Shown one piece after another: positions 22,344-32,838 of a stretch of 64,000 nt of DNA; positions within the stretch are counted from its first letter, which is position 1; every line of letters starts with the position of its first letter. This DNA comes from Nitrospirota bacterium. GTDB taxonomy: Bacteria; Nitrospirota; Nitrospiria; Nitrospirales; Nitrospiraceae. Both the position numbers and the translations under genes were made by a program. A model generated the notes under the pieces. That model did not search any database and had not been told where the DNA came from. It saw only the letters and a list, made by a program, of their open reading frames with translations. The stretch spans positions 161,403 through 225,402 of the forward strand of contig CAVPGK010000006.1 of NCBI GenBank assembly GCA_963703955.1, given 5' to 3'.

Positions 22344-22862
22344 GTGATTAACCTCATGGCGTACCAGACGGGAATGAAAAGGGGAGAGATTCTAAACCTT
22401 ACATGGGATCGAGTTGACCTAAAAACAGCGTTTATTCGACTGAAGCCAGAGGATACCAAACTCGCTGAAGCTCGGACGGTTCCATTGACCGCCGACTTGA
22501 CCGCTCGCCTGAAAGACTTGTATAAAGTGCGATACCTGTACGAACCGCATGTCTTTTTGGTCGACGGGAAGTCAGTCCAATCCGTTAAGACTGCCTTCAA
22601 CGCAGCCTGTCGCAGAGCCGGAATCGAAGGATTCCACTTTCATGCCTTTCGGCATCCCGCTGCGACAAGCATGCGGCGCGGCGGAATTGACCATTTGACG
22701 ATTATGAAGGTGACTGGCTATAAGACCCTAGAGGTCTTTAAACGGTACAACTTCCTGGAGAGTGATCTGAAGGAAGCAGCCCACACCTATTCAACACTTG
22801 CCCATACTGCCCCGCAGGCAGAGAATCAGAAGCCCGCACTAAATCATCCCACGCGCCCGTAG
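22344..22862 (+). pseudogene. Tyrosine integrase, N-terminally truncated and degenerate
   Basis: AYQTGMKRGEILNLTW (box I), FHAFRH, TGYKT...RYN; runs into the tRNA-Arg 5' fragment. Confidence 0.85.
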
Positions 22863-22883
22863 CTCAATGGATAGAGCACCAGA
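22853..22883 (+). pseudogene. Second 5' fragment of tRNA-Arg(ACG)
   Basis: GCGCCCGTAGCTCAATGGATAGAGCACCAGA with the same leader ATCAT(T/C)CCAC as the 21159 copy; cut just before the anticodon loop. Confidence 0.85.
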
Positions 22884-23381
22884 TATCAGGTCAAATTCCT
22901 GCGCGGTGCTGGGTGGAAGACAGAGTGCTTCTCCCAAGTTGCCTTTCACGTATTTTCCGCTTACGCGAGAGTGCGGCTTTTGAACGTAGACCAACTCCTC
23001 ATCCGAGACCTTTCCCGGTCCTTCCCACAAGTATAAATTCGGTGCCTTCCTTGGTTCCTTGAATACATAGCGATAATCGACGACCCCTAACAACGCAGGG
23101 ATCTCGACAAGCAACAGGCAGGACATGATTGTCACGGTGATGAGAGCGAAGCGTTTTCTCAACTCCTCCCGAGGTAGGTCGGATAGGAGCGCAACGAGCG
23201 CCCAGACCAAGAAGTAAGCCGCCACAATGCTCTCGGCGAGGTGCCCCGCATTCGACAAGCCAATGATCCAAATGGTCGCCACGAGAGCCGTCATGCCCAA
23301 CACGCCGATGAGAAATGTGGCGAGGGCAATCTTCTTATCTTTGATAGTCGACAAGGCAGGTTTCATGCCCGATTCTCTCAT
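22884..23381 (-). pseudogene. Membrane protein, 3'-truncated at the tRNA fragment
   Basis: Three TM helices then a soluble domain; the frame runs into antisense tRNA sequence at 22883. Confidence 0.55.
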
Positions 23382-23758
23382 GGCTATGCGTAGTGCACTA
23401 ATGTCACCTTTTTATCCGTCTTGAGAATAACTTTACATGCCGGTGCCTTGTATTTACCGTATATGTATCTAAGGGTCAATACGACGTCGGTCTTAAAACT
23501 TCCGTCCAAACAAGACGAAGTGCTTTCCTAGTTTGCAAAATTTTTCTGTTATCGAAACACCCATGACTTGTAGCGTGACACATCATGCCTCTGTACCCTA
23601 CCCGTACCTGACGACCACCTTGCTACCGAAGCAAGGGTGCCAGGGGTCAGGTAAAACCTACAGCGTTTGCGCACGACAGGTGGGCCTTTTGCCCTCCTGC
23701 GACTCGCGGGTCCCATGCCCAGGCAATGGCAGCGGGGGCCCATCGTTACGGGATGGCG

Positions 23759-24700
23759 TCACGTTGGGAAGTAACGCTTGACGAGGGCAGGGTACAGTCG
23801 AGTGAGCAGTTCTCCAAGAAAGTGCAGCGTGTAATACCCCGTCGCCAGGATGACGGCACCGAGCGCCCCGCCGCGTCCGAGACCGACCTCACGATAACGT
23901 TCACGAATCCGGCCCAAGGCGTCTCGATATCGAGAAAAGGAATTGCCCGACGAAGGGATTCCGGTCAGGTCCTCGGTCATCACCGCATCGTATCCCTGGG
24001 CCAACGCCCGACAGATGAAATGTTTCAATCCGTTAGGCGGTGGGTGCGAGACACGTGACCCCTGCTGCAACCAAATGACGGTACCGCGTTGCTTCAGGTG
24101 ATGCACCACCGTCACAAATTGGTCACGAAACAGTGGCAAGGTGGGATAGGGACGAGCCTGAAAGATCTCGCGGCGGAAGGCGACGTTGTTTGCGTAGAAG
24201 CTCTCGACAGGCACGAAACCGTCGCTGTCAACCCGAGGCGAAAAGAACCAGAACAGGGCAAAGGCTTTGCTGTACAGGCCCTCTAGCTCAATGTACGTGT
24301 TGCCACAGACGACGTGCACGGCAGGAGACTGGAATGCGCTCAAAAGACCAAGCAACCACCCCTCTTCCGGGATCACGTCGCTATCCAGAAAGACAATCAC
24401 CTCCCCGTGCGCGCGTGTGGCACCAAGATTTTTGAGTTCATAGTAGTGCAATCCTGGGCCTGGCACGAGTTCCAGATCATAGGTGTCCCGACTCTTGAGC
24501 GTGTCGCAGACCAGTTGCTGGAGCAAATGCTCATCCACCGTCAGCGCGTCATAGACAATCAGAACCTGCAGTCGTTGTACGGTGCGGGGCAGTGCGGCCA
24601 TTTGCTGATCGAGAGTGACCAGCATTCGGCGGGCCCGTATCCATTCAGAGAGAAGGGCATTGTCCCACTCAATGACGACAGAGAACGTCATAGGAAGCAT
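23759..24700 (-). CDS. Glycosyltransferase family 2
   Basis: FSVVI, KNLGATRAHGEVIVFLDSD (DxD), ANNVAFRR. Confidence 0.85.
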   Translation of the reverse strand: MLPMTFSVVIEWDNALLSEWIRARRMLVTLDQQMAALPRTVQRLQVLIVYDALTVDEHLLQQLVCDTLKSRDTYDLELVPGPGLHYYELKNLGATRAHGEVIVFLDSDVIPEEGWLLGLLSAFQSPAVHVVCGNTYIELEGLYSKAFALFWFFSPRVDSDGFVPVESFYANNVAFRREIFQARPYPTLPLFRDQFVTVVHHLKQRGTVIWLQQGSRVSHPPPNGLKHFICRALAQGYDAVMTEDLTGIPSSGNSFSRYRDALGRIRERYREVGLGRGGALGAVILATGYYTLHFLGELLTRLYPALVKRYFPT

Positions 24701-25564
24701 AGCAGTACAATTAAGGAGAAACTAGTTCTTAGGATTCATCTACCACGGTTGATATAACTACGCAACTATACTTTAGGCAATTCTACTTTAGTATTACTGG
24801 TATGGAGTACTTACTATCGATTGACATACCCCAAAAACATGAGACCAAAGTCTCAGCTGCTTTGGAATACTTGTTGCCGTTCGGGTCACCGGCGCATGCT
24901 TGGGGGTATCTGGGTATCTAATGGTGGAGGCTGATCCTTGTGAACAGAGTTAACTCACTAGGCAAGTATCTGGATAGTGGTCTTTCTCTTGGATGGTGGT
25001 GGTTGTTCGTGTACGGGTTACTTGCCATTGTCGTGCTCGCGGTGCTCGTTGTGGATCTCCTTTTCTCTCTTGTATTGAGAACCGCAAGGGAGGTGTAGCA
25101 ATCCCCGACCCGAGGCTACAGAAACTTCCAATCTGCATGACCGGCGGTCACAAACCATCTGTGCTTATCGTTTCCCGCTTCCTGGTGAGGCTGAATCATC
25201 GGCGGGCTGGCATCATGATAAAGGGTGTTCGTCAGGGGCTTGCGAAGACATCGGTGACTCAAGCAGATACTAAGGCGTGTCGTAAACTAATAGGAGACTG
25301 GAGCGGATGTCTCCAACCCCTTTTTTGTCCTTACTAAGGAAATCTATCGTAAAACACTGTATGCCGGTGTGCGTACCGGTGCCTGCCGACCACCTTGGTA
25401 CCGTAAACAAGGGGTGCCACGGGGTGCGTCTGGGGTGCAGAGGGTGCGGACAGATGACCTTCGTGGTCGCTTTCCGGGAGAGTCTATTCAACACTCTTGA
25501 CGTGAGGCTGGACTTCCCGCATAGTTGAAAACCCCACAGCCAACATTCGAGAAGACAACAGAGC

Positions 25565-25933
25565 ATGCGTATTGAATGGGCGTGCGCCACACTTGGTGTT
25601 GGAATCCTTGCCAGCTGCGCAGCAATTGAACTTCAGCCAGGGGCTCAACAGATACGCGTCGTCACCAATGAGCCGCAGGGCTGCAAATACTTGGGGGAAG
25701 TGACCGGGAACCAGGGGAACTTCTTCACCGGTGCTTTCACGAGCAATGCGAACCTAGAGACGGGCGCGCGAAACGACATGAAAAACCAGGCGCAAAAGAT
25801 GGGAGCCAATACCGTCCAATTGGCCACGAATCGCTCGGGACAGAGCGGCTCCTTTGGTCAAGGCAGTGGCAGCATGCAACAGACGAATGTGACCTACACA
25901 GGGATTGCCTACAAGTGCGCTTCCGCGCCATGA
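25565..25933 (+). CDS. DUF4156-like lipoprotein
   Basis: Lipobox LASC; GCKYLGEVTG...GARNDMKNQAQKMGANTV...AYKC. Confidence 0.75.
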   Translation: MRIEWACATLGVGILASCAAIELQPGAQQIRVVTNEPQGCKYLGEVTGNQGNFFTGAFTSNANLETGARNDMKNQAQKMGANTVQLATNRSGQSGSFGQGSGSMQQTNVTYTGIAYKCASAP

Positions 25934-26420
25934 ACCTAAGGCACTACCAGAGGACATATTCACAGGGTTGTTGGCCCGAGACATTGTGATGAAGCCGTTG
26001 GATCCCATTCTGTTGCAGGTGAAATGTCTTCGGCATTTCGTTCCCTCCACAAAGTTAATGTCTTCTCACGACCTATCCGAAGACCCTCAGGATTTTATCT
26101 GAGCCATCCCCCGACCTTTTTCTTTACCAACCATTCCCTACAAATACGATTTCCATCGTATATCTGCTGTCCAAAAGAGGTAAATAGGCCTTTTCTAGTT
26201 TCCAAAAAATTCTCATCATGCCTACCGCGACACTGTGTGCCTCCGTACCCCATCTGTGCCGCACGACCACCTCGCTACCGAAACAAGGGTGCCACCGGGG
26301 GTCTAGTTGGTTGCGTCTGGGTTGCGTGTTTGAGGACAAATGTCTCTTTATGACCCGCTTTGGCCTACATCCTCGTCAATGTTCATGCGGTTTGCCTGTG
26401 AATCGTTGTGTTCTGATAAA

Positions 26421-26466
26421 ACTACGGATCTGGGGGTTGGGGGTTCAAGTCCCTCCGGGCGCGCCA
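26421..26466 (+). pseudogene. 3' half of tRNA-Arg(ACG) (attR-like)
   Basis: ACTACGGATCTGG-GGGTT-GGGGGTTCAAGTCCCTC-CGGGCGC-GCCA; pairs with the 5' halves; shares the 10-bp ACTACGGATC core with 21188-21197. Confidence 0.9.
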
Positions 26467-26514
26467 GTGAATCATCGGGTTTTGCAATGGCGCTGTTATG
26501 GGGCCTGAATGCAT

Positions 26515-26620
26515 TGTGGTGGGCACCCTGTTCGATCAGAAGCGAAGCATAGGTATGGCGAAGGTCATGAAACCGAATCTGTCGGATACCAGTCTCTTTT
26601 AGACAGACGGACCATACCCT
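26515..26620 (-). pseudogene. Tyrosine integrase remnant
   Basis: Minus strand translates KETGIRQIRFHDLRHTYASLLIEQGAH. Confidence 0.8.
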
Positions 26621-26833
26621 CTAAATTACGCTCATCCCATCGAAACCCTAAGGGCTGATGCCAGGATGGCCGCTGTTTCCTGAGCAGAGACATCCACATC
26701 CTGCTCCTAGTGAGTAGGCCTATCAGTCTTTCTTGGGATCTGCAAATCGCTCACTCAGAAATACCAGCGATGGCGGCTGGCATCATCAATACGTTATAGA
26801 TAGGAGTTAAATGTCTTCAGAAAGGAGAACGTA

Positions 26834-27127
26834 ATGATGAGACAACTACAGCCTCGGTTTGTACACGCCGCTTCTTTTGCTTCTTTGATGTTGCAGGTGA
26901 GTGAGCATTTATTTCCCGATCAGAAACTCTTCGCTCTCTCCCCGGACCAACGCCGTATGGTCCAAAATGAAACCCAAAACCTCTTGGTACAGGCGCGGTG
27001 GGCAGTTGAGAGCAAAGGATTCGCTGAGCTATTTGCCATGCCCCAAGGTGGTGCGGAAATGGCTCCGGCGGACACTGTGTTGGGGGACCCCCTTCCAAAA
27101 TCATCGGGTAGCGGTCATTTCATGTGA
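26834..27127 (+). CDS. Hypothetical protein
   Basis: AAGGAG RBS, 97-aa ORF. Confidence 0.5.
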   Translation: MMRQLQPRFVHAASFASLMLQVSEHLFPDQKLFALSPDQRRMVQNETQNLLVQARWAVESKGFAELFAMPQGGAEMAPADTVLGDPLPKSSGSGHFM

Positions 27128-27217
27128 GAACGATGTCGGTGGGGTCACTGGACTGTCAAATGGGCAGGGACGAGGTTGCATTGAACATGTTCCTGAACCC
27201 TTTTCCACCGCGACCGG

Positions 27218-30200
27218 TCATGATCCACAGCCTGCCATCCAATCCGTCAAAAAGATGCTCGCCACCGTGCTAAACGACGGCACTCGCAGCGACAGGATAT
27301 CGGTCACATTTGCAAGGGAGGAGACCGCGTTCGTGCCCTCTCGCCCCTCGCCTCCTGCCCTGTGCCCGGCGTCCGCGCCCAGTACCGCCAGCGGGCTCGC
27401 CAGCCACCCGCCCGGTACCGTCGGCACGCCGTAGTGCCCGGCCACCACGAAGCTACTGTACAGGCCGCCCTCCAGGGCGGCGCAGCGCACTCCGAGGAGC
27501 GCCGTCGCCGGAAGCGGGGTCTGCGAGAGCGGCACGATCTTGCCGGCCGCGGGAGCATTCGGCGATTGAATGCGCACGGTCCCACTCACCCCAAACTGCG
27601 ACGACGCGTCCACCCGGCTCGTGGCGTCGGGGATGAAGGCATTGGTCGCAATCGAAATGTTCCCGCCCTGGCCCTGCGTCGCCTGCGCCAGAATCTGGCT
27701 GTTCTGCAAAATCACAAACTGCGGGTCGATCATAATGTTGCCGCCGATGGTCGTCGTGGATCCTTGCACGGAGGAGTTGATCTGGCTATCCGTCAGCTGA
27801 ATCACACCGGGCGCCATTACCGTGATATTGCCGCCGCTGGCTTGTGCGGCCTCCGTGGTGACCTTGCTGTTGGCGCTGATGTAACTCTGCCCGGCGTCGA
27901 TCACGATATTCCCCGCGTCGCCCAGGCCGGTGCTTTGCGCGGAGAGCACCGATCCTCCGGTGAGCGCGACGTGGTGACCGGCAGACAGCGCAATGTTGCC
28001 GCCCGGCTGGTTGCCGCCTGACACGGTGGCGGAAATGGTGGACCCGGCGAGATTGATACCGGATGCGGACGCCAGCGCGATCGACCCGCCGGCGCCGGCG
28101 TTGGCTTCGGTCGTGATGAGGCTTCCGTTCAGTGTGACAGCCTCACTGACTGAGCCCGAGCCGCTCGCACCCTGGATAGTCACGCGTCCGGCATTCCCGG
28201 CGTTAAGCAGGGGACTGGTGCTGCTGCTGGAGATGATGGTGTTGGTGGTCGAAAGCGTGCCCACATTGAGCGTGACGTTGCCCGCGGGTGCCGCGCCCTC
28301 CGAGGACGCCAGAATCCCTGTGACAACATTTGGTTCAAGGCTGAGCGTGTTACCGCGGAATACTAGGGCGTGCGTCGTAATCGTAATCCCGGGCGCCGGG
28401 GTGGTCGGAGTCCCACCTGCCACCGATGTAGCGATCACGGCGTTGTTCAGTGTGACCAGTGCGGCAGGATCTGTGAATTCAGCACCCGGCCCCGAGATCG
28501 TCACGGTCCCCGCCGGACCGGCTGTGCCGTCAGGTTTTTGGCTTCTGCTGCCGATGAACACATAGCCATGCGGCATCGGTAACCCATCTGAATCCACATT
28601 CGCTCGTAGCACACCGACGTTAAATGCAATATTTCCTGCAGGGGCTGCACCGTCCGAATTCGCAAAAATTGCCGTATTCCCATTACCATATCTTGCACTC
28701 CCTATTTCAGTGCTGAGCGCCAGTGTGTCCGCCGTGATGGTAATGGTTGGCGCAGGTGTGGTTGCGGTCCCCCCCAGGATGGCCGTACTGATCTGTGTCT
28801 TGTCGAGGGCAACCAGCTTCGCGGGGTCCGTGGACTCGGGGCCTGGTCCGGAGATGGTCACGCTCCCAGCCTGTCCGGTGTGGCTCGGTGTTTGGAAGAA
28901 GACCCCGTCCACGCCTTTGATGGGACTCCCATCCGGGTTCACGTTCGCCAGCAGCGTGCCCACATTCAAGTCAATGTTCCCGGCAGGCGTCTCCCCGGAG
29001 GCGGTCGTCACAAGAATGGTTAAATTGTTGAGCGAGACTGACTCCGCTGTGATCGAGATGGGAGCCGGCCTGGCCGTCGCTGACCCACCCACCACAAAGG
29101 TATCGATCTCTGTGTTGCTAAGGGCGATGAGTGTGGCGGGATCCGTGGACCCTGCTCTCGGTCCCGAAATGGTCACAGCCCCGGCGGGACCCGCTGTCCT
29201 CTCCGGGCTTTCGCTGGGGCCGCCGATGAATACAGTTCCGCCTTCAATCATCGTCCCATCCGAGTTCATATTCGACCGCAGTGTGTTGACGTGGAACTCA
29301 ATGTTCCCCCCGGGAGCTGGGCCATTGGTGGTTGCATATATTGTGGATTGCTTGCTAAGGGATACCGAATCCGCCTTGATGCTGATGAAGCCCGGCGTGG
29401 TGGCCGCCGTCCCACCAAAAACTCTGGTGTTGATTGTGCTATCTTCCAGAGAGACGCTTCTCGCCGCAGTCCCTGGACCATTGATCCCTTGAATGGTTAC
29501 CTGGCCGGCTTTCCCCGCCCCGGCATCCAGGCTGCTGCTCGTACTCTCGATGAGCACCCCAGTTCGTGAAAGGGTCGGATCGCTTATGAGATCGTCGGGC
29601 ACTATGTGTACGCGATTCGGACCTCCTGTCATCGTCAGGGACCCCACGTTGAAGGTGATGTTCCCCGCTGGCGCCGCACCAGAACTGTCTGCCGTCACAT
29701 GCGTCCCGTTGCTCAAGGTCACCGCGTCCGCGGTGAACGTAATGGTACCCGGCGTGCTGGCCGCGCTGCCGCCGCTGATCGTCGTCCGGACCAGGGCATT
29801 GTCCAGGGAGACGGTTTTCGCCGCAGCCCCGTCGAACCCTTGGATCGTGATCGTCCCCGCACTGCCGATCTCTCCCGCCGTGCTCTCCACCGTCGCCGTC
29901 TCCAACCGCACCGTCGGCGCCGCCAACGTGACACGGCCTGGATGGCCGGCACTGTCCGCTGACGTCAAGACGCCGGTCGGCCCCTCCTGCTCCACCCCGG
30001 AGATCACGATCGACTCGCGCGCAGTCAGCTCAACGGGTGCCCCCTTGGTCACCAGACGTCCCCCCTCGATGCGGATCGCGCCGCCCACCAGGGCCAACCC
30101 CTTCCCCTCCGCCATCTGCAACGTGCTGTGATCCACCGTGATCGGGCCCGACCGCGGCCCCAAGAACCCAAACCCTGCCACCGGCGCGACGCTCAGCAAC

Positions 30201-30886
30201 GCATCGGCCGCCGCATTGGGCGCGGCGTGAAAGACCGTCCCGTCGGCCAGTTTCAGCGAATCCGCCGTCGTGAAGGTTGCCATCCCGCCGATGTTGAGCG
30301 TGGCACTGGGGCCGAAGAGGATGCCGGCCGGGTTCATCAGAAACAGATTGGCACTCCCAAAGCCGGAGGTCTGAATCGTGCCGAAGATGTTCGAGGGATT
30401 CCCCCCGGTCACCCGGCCGAGGATATTGCTGGTCGCTAGACCCGAGTCGTTGAGGAAGTTTGCAATGTTGGCGGTGGGCACCCCAAACTGCCCGAAGCTT
30501 TGAAAGAGATTGGGGCCCGCCCCGGGTCGCGTCCCGCCGGTGATGTTGTACTGAGTCCCGCCCGGGACACTGATCGGCGCACTGACCTGCGTGTTCAGTC
30601 CGGACGGCGTGATCGGCGGCGCTTGGGCCTCGCTTCGAGTGGGCGGCACGGCCATGGTCGACAAGAGCCCGGCCAGCCACATCATGGCAAGGCGGCACCA
30701 GAGGCCTGGGGGAGGACCGCAGAGCGTCTTACACGATTGATAGACCAGAGGACTCACCGCTGATCGGCTCATCTGTATCCTTCTTGAAGACCGTTGTGAG
30801 TTTGTCCGTCCGCTAGCTCGACATCCGTATCGACCGATGCTCCTCTTTTGGCTGCGTTGGTTTACCTGTGTTCCTCTACGTTTCAA
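27218..30886 (-). CDS. Filamentous haemagglutinin-family (TPS-domain) exoprotein, copy 2, intact
   Basis: Signal peptide, NLFQSFGQF / NILGRVTGG / NLFLMNPAG TPS domain, beta-helix repeats, C-terminal RCAALEGG.YSSFVVAG..PGGWL; true start probably ~30772. Confidence 0.92.
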   Translation of the reverse strand: MKRRGTQVNQRSQKRSIGRYGCRASGRTNSQRSSRRIQMSRSAVSPLVYQSCKTLCGPPPGLWCRLAMMWLAGLLSTMAVPPTRSEAQAPPITPSGLNTQVSAPISVPGGTQYNITGGTRPGAGPNLFQSFGQFGVPTANIANFLNDSGLATSNILGRVTGGNPSNIFGTIQTSGFGSANLFLMNPAGILFGPSATLNIGGMATFTTADSLKLADGTVFHAAPNAAADALLSVAPVAGFGFLGPRSGPITVDHSTLQMAEGKGLALVGGAIRIEGGRLVTKGAPVELTARESIVISGVEQEGPTGVLTSADSAGHPGRVTLAAPTVRLETATVESTAGEIGSAGTITIQGFDGAAAKTVSLDNALVRTTISGGSAASTPGTITFTADAVTLSNGTHVTADSSGAAPAGNITFNVGSLTMTGGPNRVHIVPDDLISDPTLSRTGVLIESTSSSLDAGAGKAGQVTIQGINGPGTAARSVSLEDSTINTRVFGGTAATTPGFISIKADSVSLSKQSTIYATTNGPAPGGNIEFHVNTLRSNMNSDGTMIEGGTVFIGGPSESPERTAGPAGAVTISGPRAGSTDPATLIALSNTEIDTFVVGGSATARPAPISITAESVSLNNLTILVTTASGETPAGNIDLNVGTLLANVNPDGSPIKGVDGVFFQTPSHTGQAGSVTISGPGPESTDPAKLVALDKTQISTAILGGTATTPAPTITITADTLALSTEIGSARYGNGNTAIFANSDGAAPAGNIAFNVGVLRANVDSDGLPMPHGYVFIGSRSQKPDGTAGPAGTVTISGPGAEFTDPAALVTLNNAVIATSVAGGTPTTPAPGITITTHALVFRGNTLSLEPNVVTGILASSEGAAPAGNVTLNVGTLSTTNTIISSSSTSPLLNAGNAGRVTIQGASGSGSVSEAVTLNGSLITTEANAGAGGSIALASASGINLAGSTISATVSGGNQPGGNIALSAGHHVALTGGSVLSAQSTGLGDAGNIVIDAGQSYISANSKVTTEAAQASGGNITVMAPGVIQLTDSQINSSVQGSTTTIGGNIMIDPQFVILQNSQILAQATQGQGGNISIATNAFIPDATSRVDASSQFGVSGTVRIQSPNAPAAGKIVPLSQTPLPATALLGVRCAALEGGLYSSFVVAGHYGVPTVPGGWLASPLAVLGADAGHRAGGEGREGTNAVSSLANVTDILSLRVPSFSTVASIFLTDWMAGCGS

Positions 30887-31622
30887 GTCTGGAGACCGCG
30901 TTATCTCTCAACTAGAACTACGGCGCGTCTCTCGAAGGAGTGTTGGTGCAGGCCGGGAATATTTGGGGACAATCGCAGGTGCGCGCCGGAAGTAGGCTGA
31001 CGACATTCGGCCCTGATGGGGTGTGTCCGCCGGCATACCGTCTGCTTAGGACGCATACAAGCTCATCTTGTGCCCAAGCACTTTCCCTAGCCGCCTACTC
31101 TGTCGTGCTTATGCTGAGACGGGTCTTTCTCGGAGTTCTTCAGATCACGTCACTACACGTAGCACTGCGCATCCACGCATGTGGGTGTCTCCAGTATCAG
31201 AATTTTATCCACGTGTCAATCTGTCAACGCGGAAGTGTCCTTTCGATCACCACCCATACGGTGGGACTCAGAGGACAGAGTGTATGACTTACATTGTGCA
31301 TGGTATAGGTCCGAGCGACCGAAGGATGTCATCACATCGATGCAGCGCGGCGCTACTGGGTCGGATTGCCCCTGGGATACGGATGTGCGGACAGGTGAGC
31401 TTGTTCTTTGGTGAGATCTTTTATTGTGTTGGGGGTCAAGTTCTTCCGGCGTGCCCTGTTGATCCCGGCACCTCTTGAGCGTACAGATATTTCCGGAGAA
31501 ATCGTCAGCGTTATCGTCTAGCATCGCGAGATGCTAGACCTCTCCGACAGAGGCCTAGCATCCAATTGTCGGTGGGCAATATAGCGAGTTGTGTTCCCGC
31601 GTACTCGTTGGATCTACGGAAT

Positions 31623-31949
31623 TTACCCCTTTTTTCTCAAACGCCACAACCCAAGTCCGAGCAGTCCTGACCCAAGAAGCGCTACGGTTGAAGGTTCAGG
31701 AACCGGTGTCGTTGGGTGTTGAGAAGACCCACCACCCTGATAACCCGAGGAGTGGTTAGAATCGTTAGAGTCGTTAGAGTTGTTAGAATTGCCGTTCTGG
31801 AACTGCGGAAACTGGTGGTTGGCATGGTTGCGGCTGAAAAGATCTCCCGCCCCCACCTGGTCAATTGACCCAAAGGTTAGAAAGGCACCGACTAGAGCAA
31901 TGGCGAACACGATCATGATGGTTCCCTCCTTTTGGTAGTGACGATCCAT
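31623..31949 (-). CDS. PEP-CTERM sorting-domain protein
   Basis: Signal peptide, low-complexity N/S/G linker (9-bp repeat, NSNDSND), VPEPSTVALLGSGLLGLGLWRLRKK. Confidence 0.9.
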   Translation of the reverse strand: MDRHYQKEGTIMIVFAIALVGAFLTFGSIDQVGAGDLFSRNHANHQFPQFQNGNSNNSNDSNDSNHSSGYQGGGSSQHPTTPVPEPSTVALLGSGLLGLGLWRLRKKG

Positions 31950-32308
31950 ACGATTCTCCTTTCCCAGTGTTAATCACCCTCTGCCAACCCTGTAGATATA
32001 CACCGTAGAGATACATATACGATTTTGCTGATTGAGAACAATTGGACCTAGGTTCTAGGTCTTTGGTCTGTACTATCCGGAGAGAGTTGAATGACGGCGG
32101 CGCACTTCAATTCATGCCGATACAGGCAATCCACCCAGTCGTTTCCATAGATCCCTGAGTGAAATCACTTGGTTTTACAGACAGTTGGGTAGCGTGTCGG
32201 GTGCCTTGCCCGATATGGGGACTGGGGCGGAAGCGTAGGGAATTGATGGAAGATGGGGACTTCGGCAGGGCTGAAGGCGTGGTGACGTTGGGCGGAAAGG
32301 TTACTGCC

Positions 32309-32737
32309 TCATCCGTCCAAACCCGTTTGCCTATCTGTTTCTGTAAGGTCCATGGTCGTCATGAGAAGCCGGACGGCCTGACCCGCATCGTCGAAGGTTG
32401 CATCCATTTGCTGGTGGACAGTACGAATTTGACCGCATGGTCGTACAATCCGGTGATGGACCCTAACCAGCCCGGAGCAGAGAGCTCGCTCAATCGATCT
32501 TTTGACCATCTCACGGTCTTCAAGGTGGACGAGTCCCAGGAACCGGCGACACGTTGGGAAGAAAGTCTCCTCCCTCAGACCGCAAATCCGGTAGAGCTCA
32601 GGGGACCAGATCATGGTATTGGATAAAAGGTTCCAATCGCAGTATCCGATGAGCTCGTACATTGCCAGACCTAGAGCCGCCCTTGGTTTTGTTTTTGCGC
32701 TGTCTTCACTGGTATCCGTTTCCTGTCGCAGCAGCAC
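32309..32737 (-). CDS. Standalone PAS-fold (PAS_3-like) protein
   Basis: GYCDWN..WSPELYRICG..VHLEDR..HRIVRPCGQIR; downstream of the receiver gene. Confidence 0.7.
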   Translation of the reverse strand: MLLRQETDTSEDSAKTKPRAALGLAMYELIGYCDWNLLSNTMIWSPELYRICGLREETFFPTCRRFLGLVHLEDREMVKRSIERALCSGLVRVHHRIVRPCGQIRTVHQQMDATFDDAGQAVRLLMTTMDLTETDRQTGLDG

Positions 32738-32838
32738 GAGATGTTCTCCCTGGCACCTTGACTACAGACTCAGGCGCTACATCGTGGTCATTCGCTGCTT
32801 TCCATGAACCCTTTTGCCCTCCGGCCTGCCGCCAGACA

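Noticed and set aside
31755..31790. 9-bp tandem repeat as a non-coding array
   Set aside because: It encodes the NSNDSND linker of the PEP-CTERM protein.
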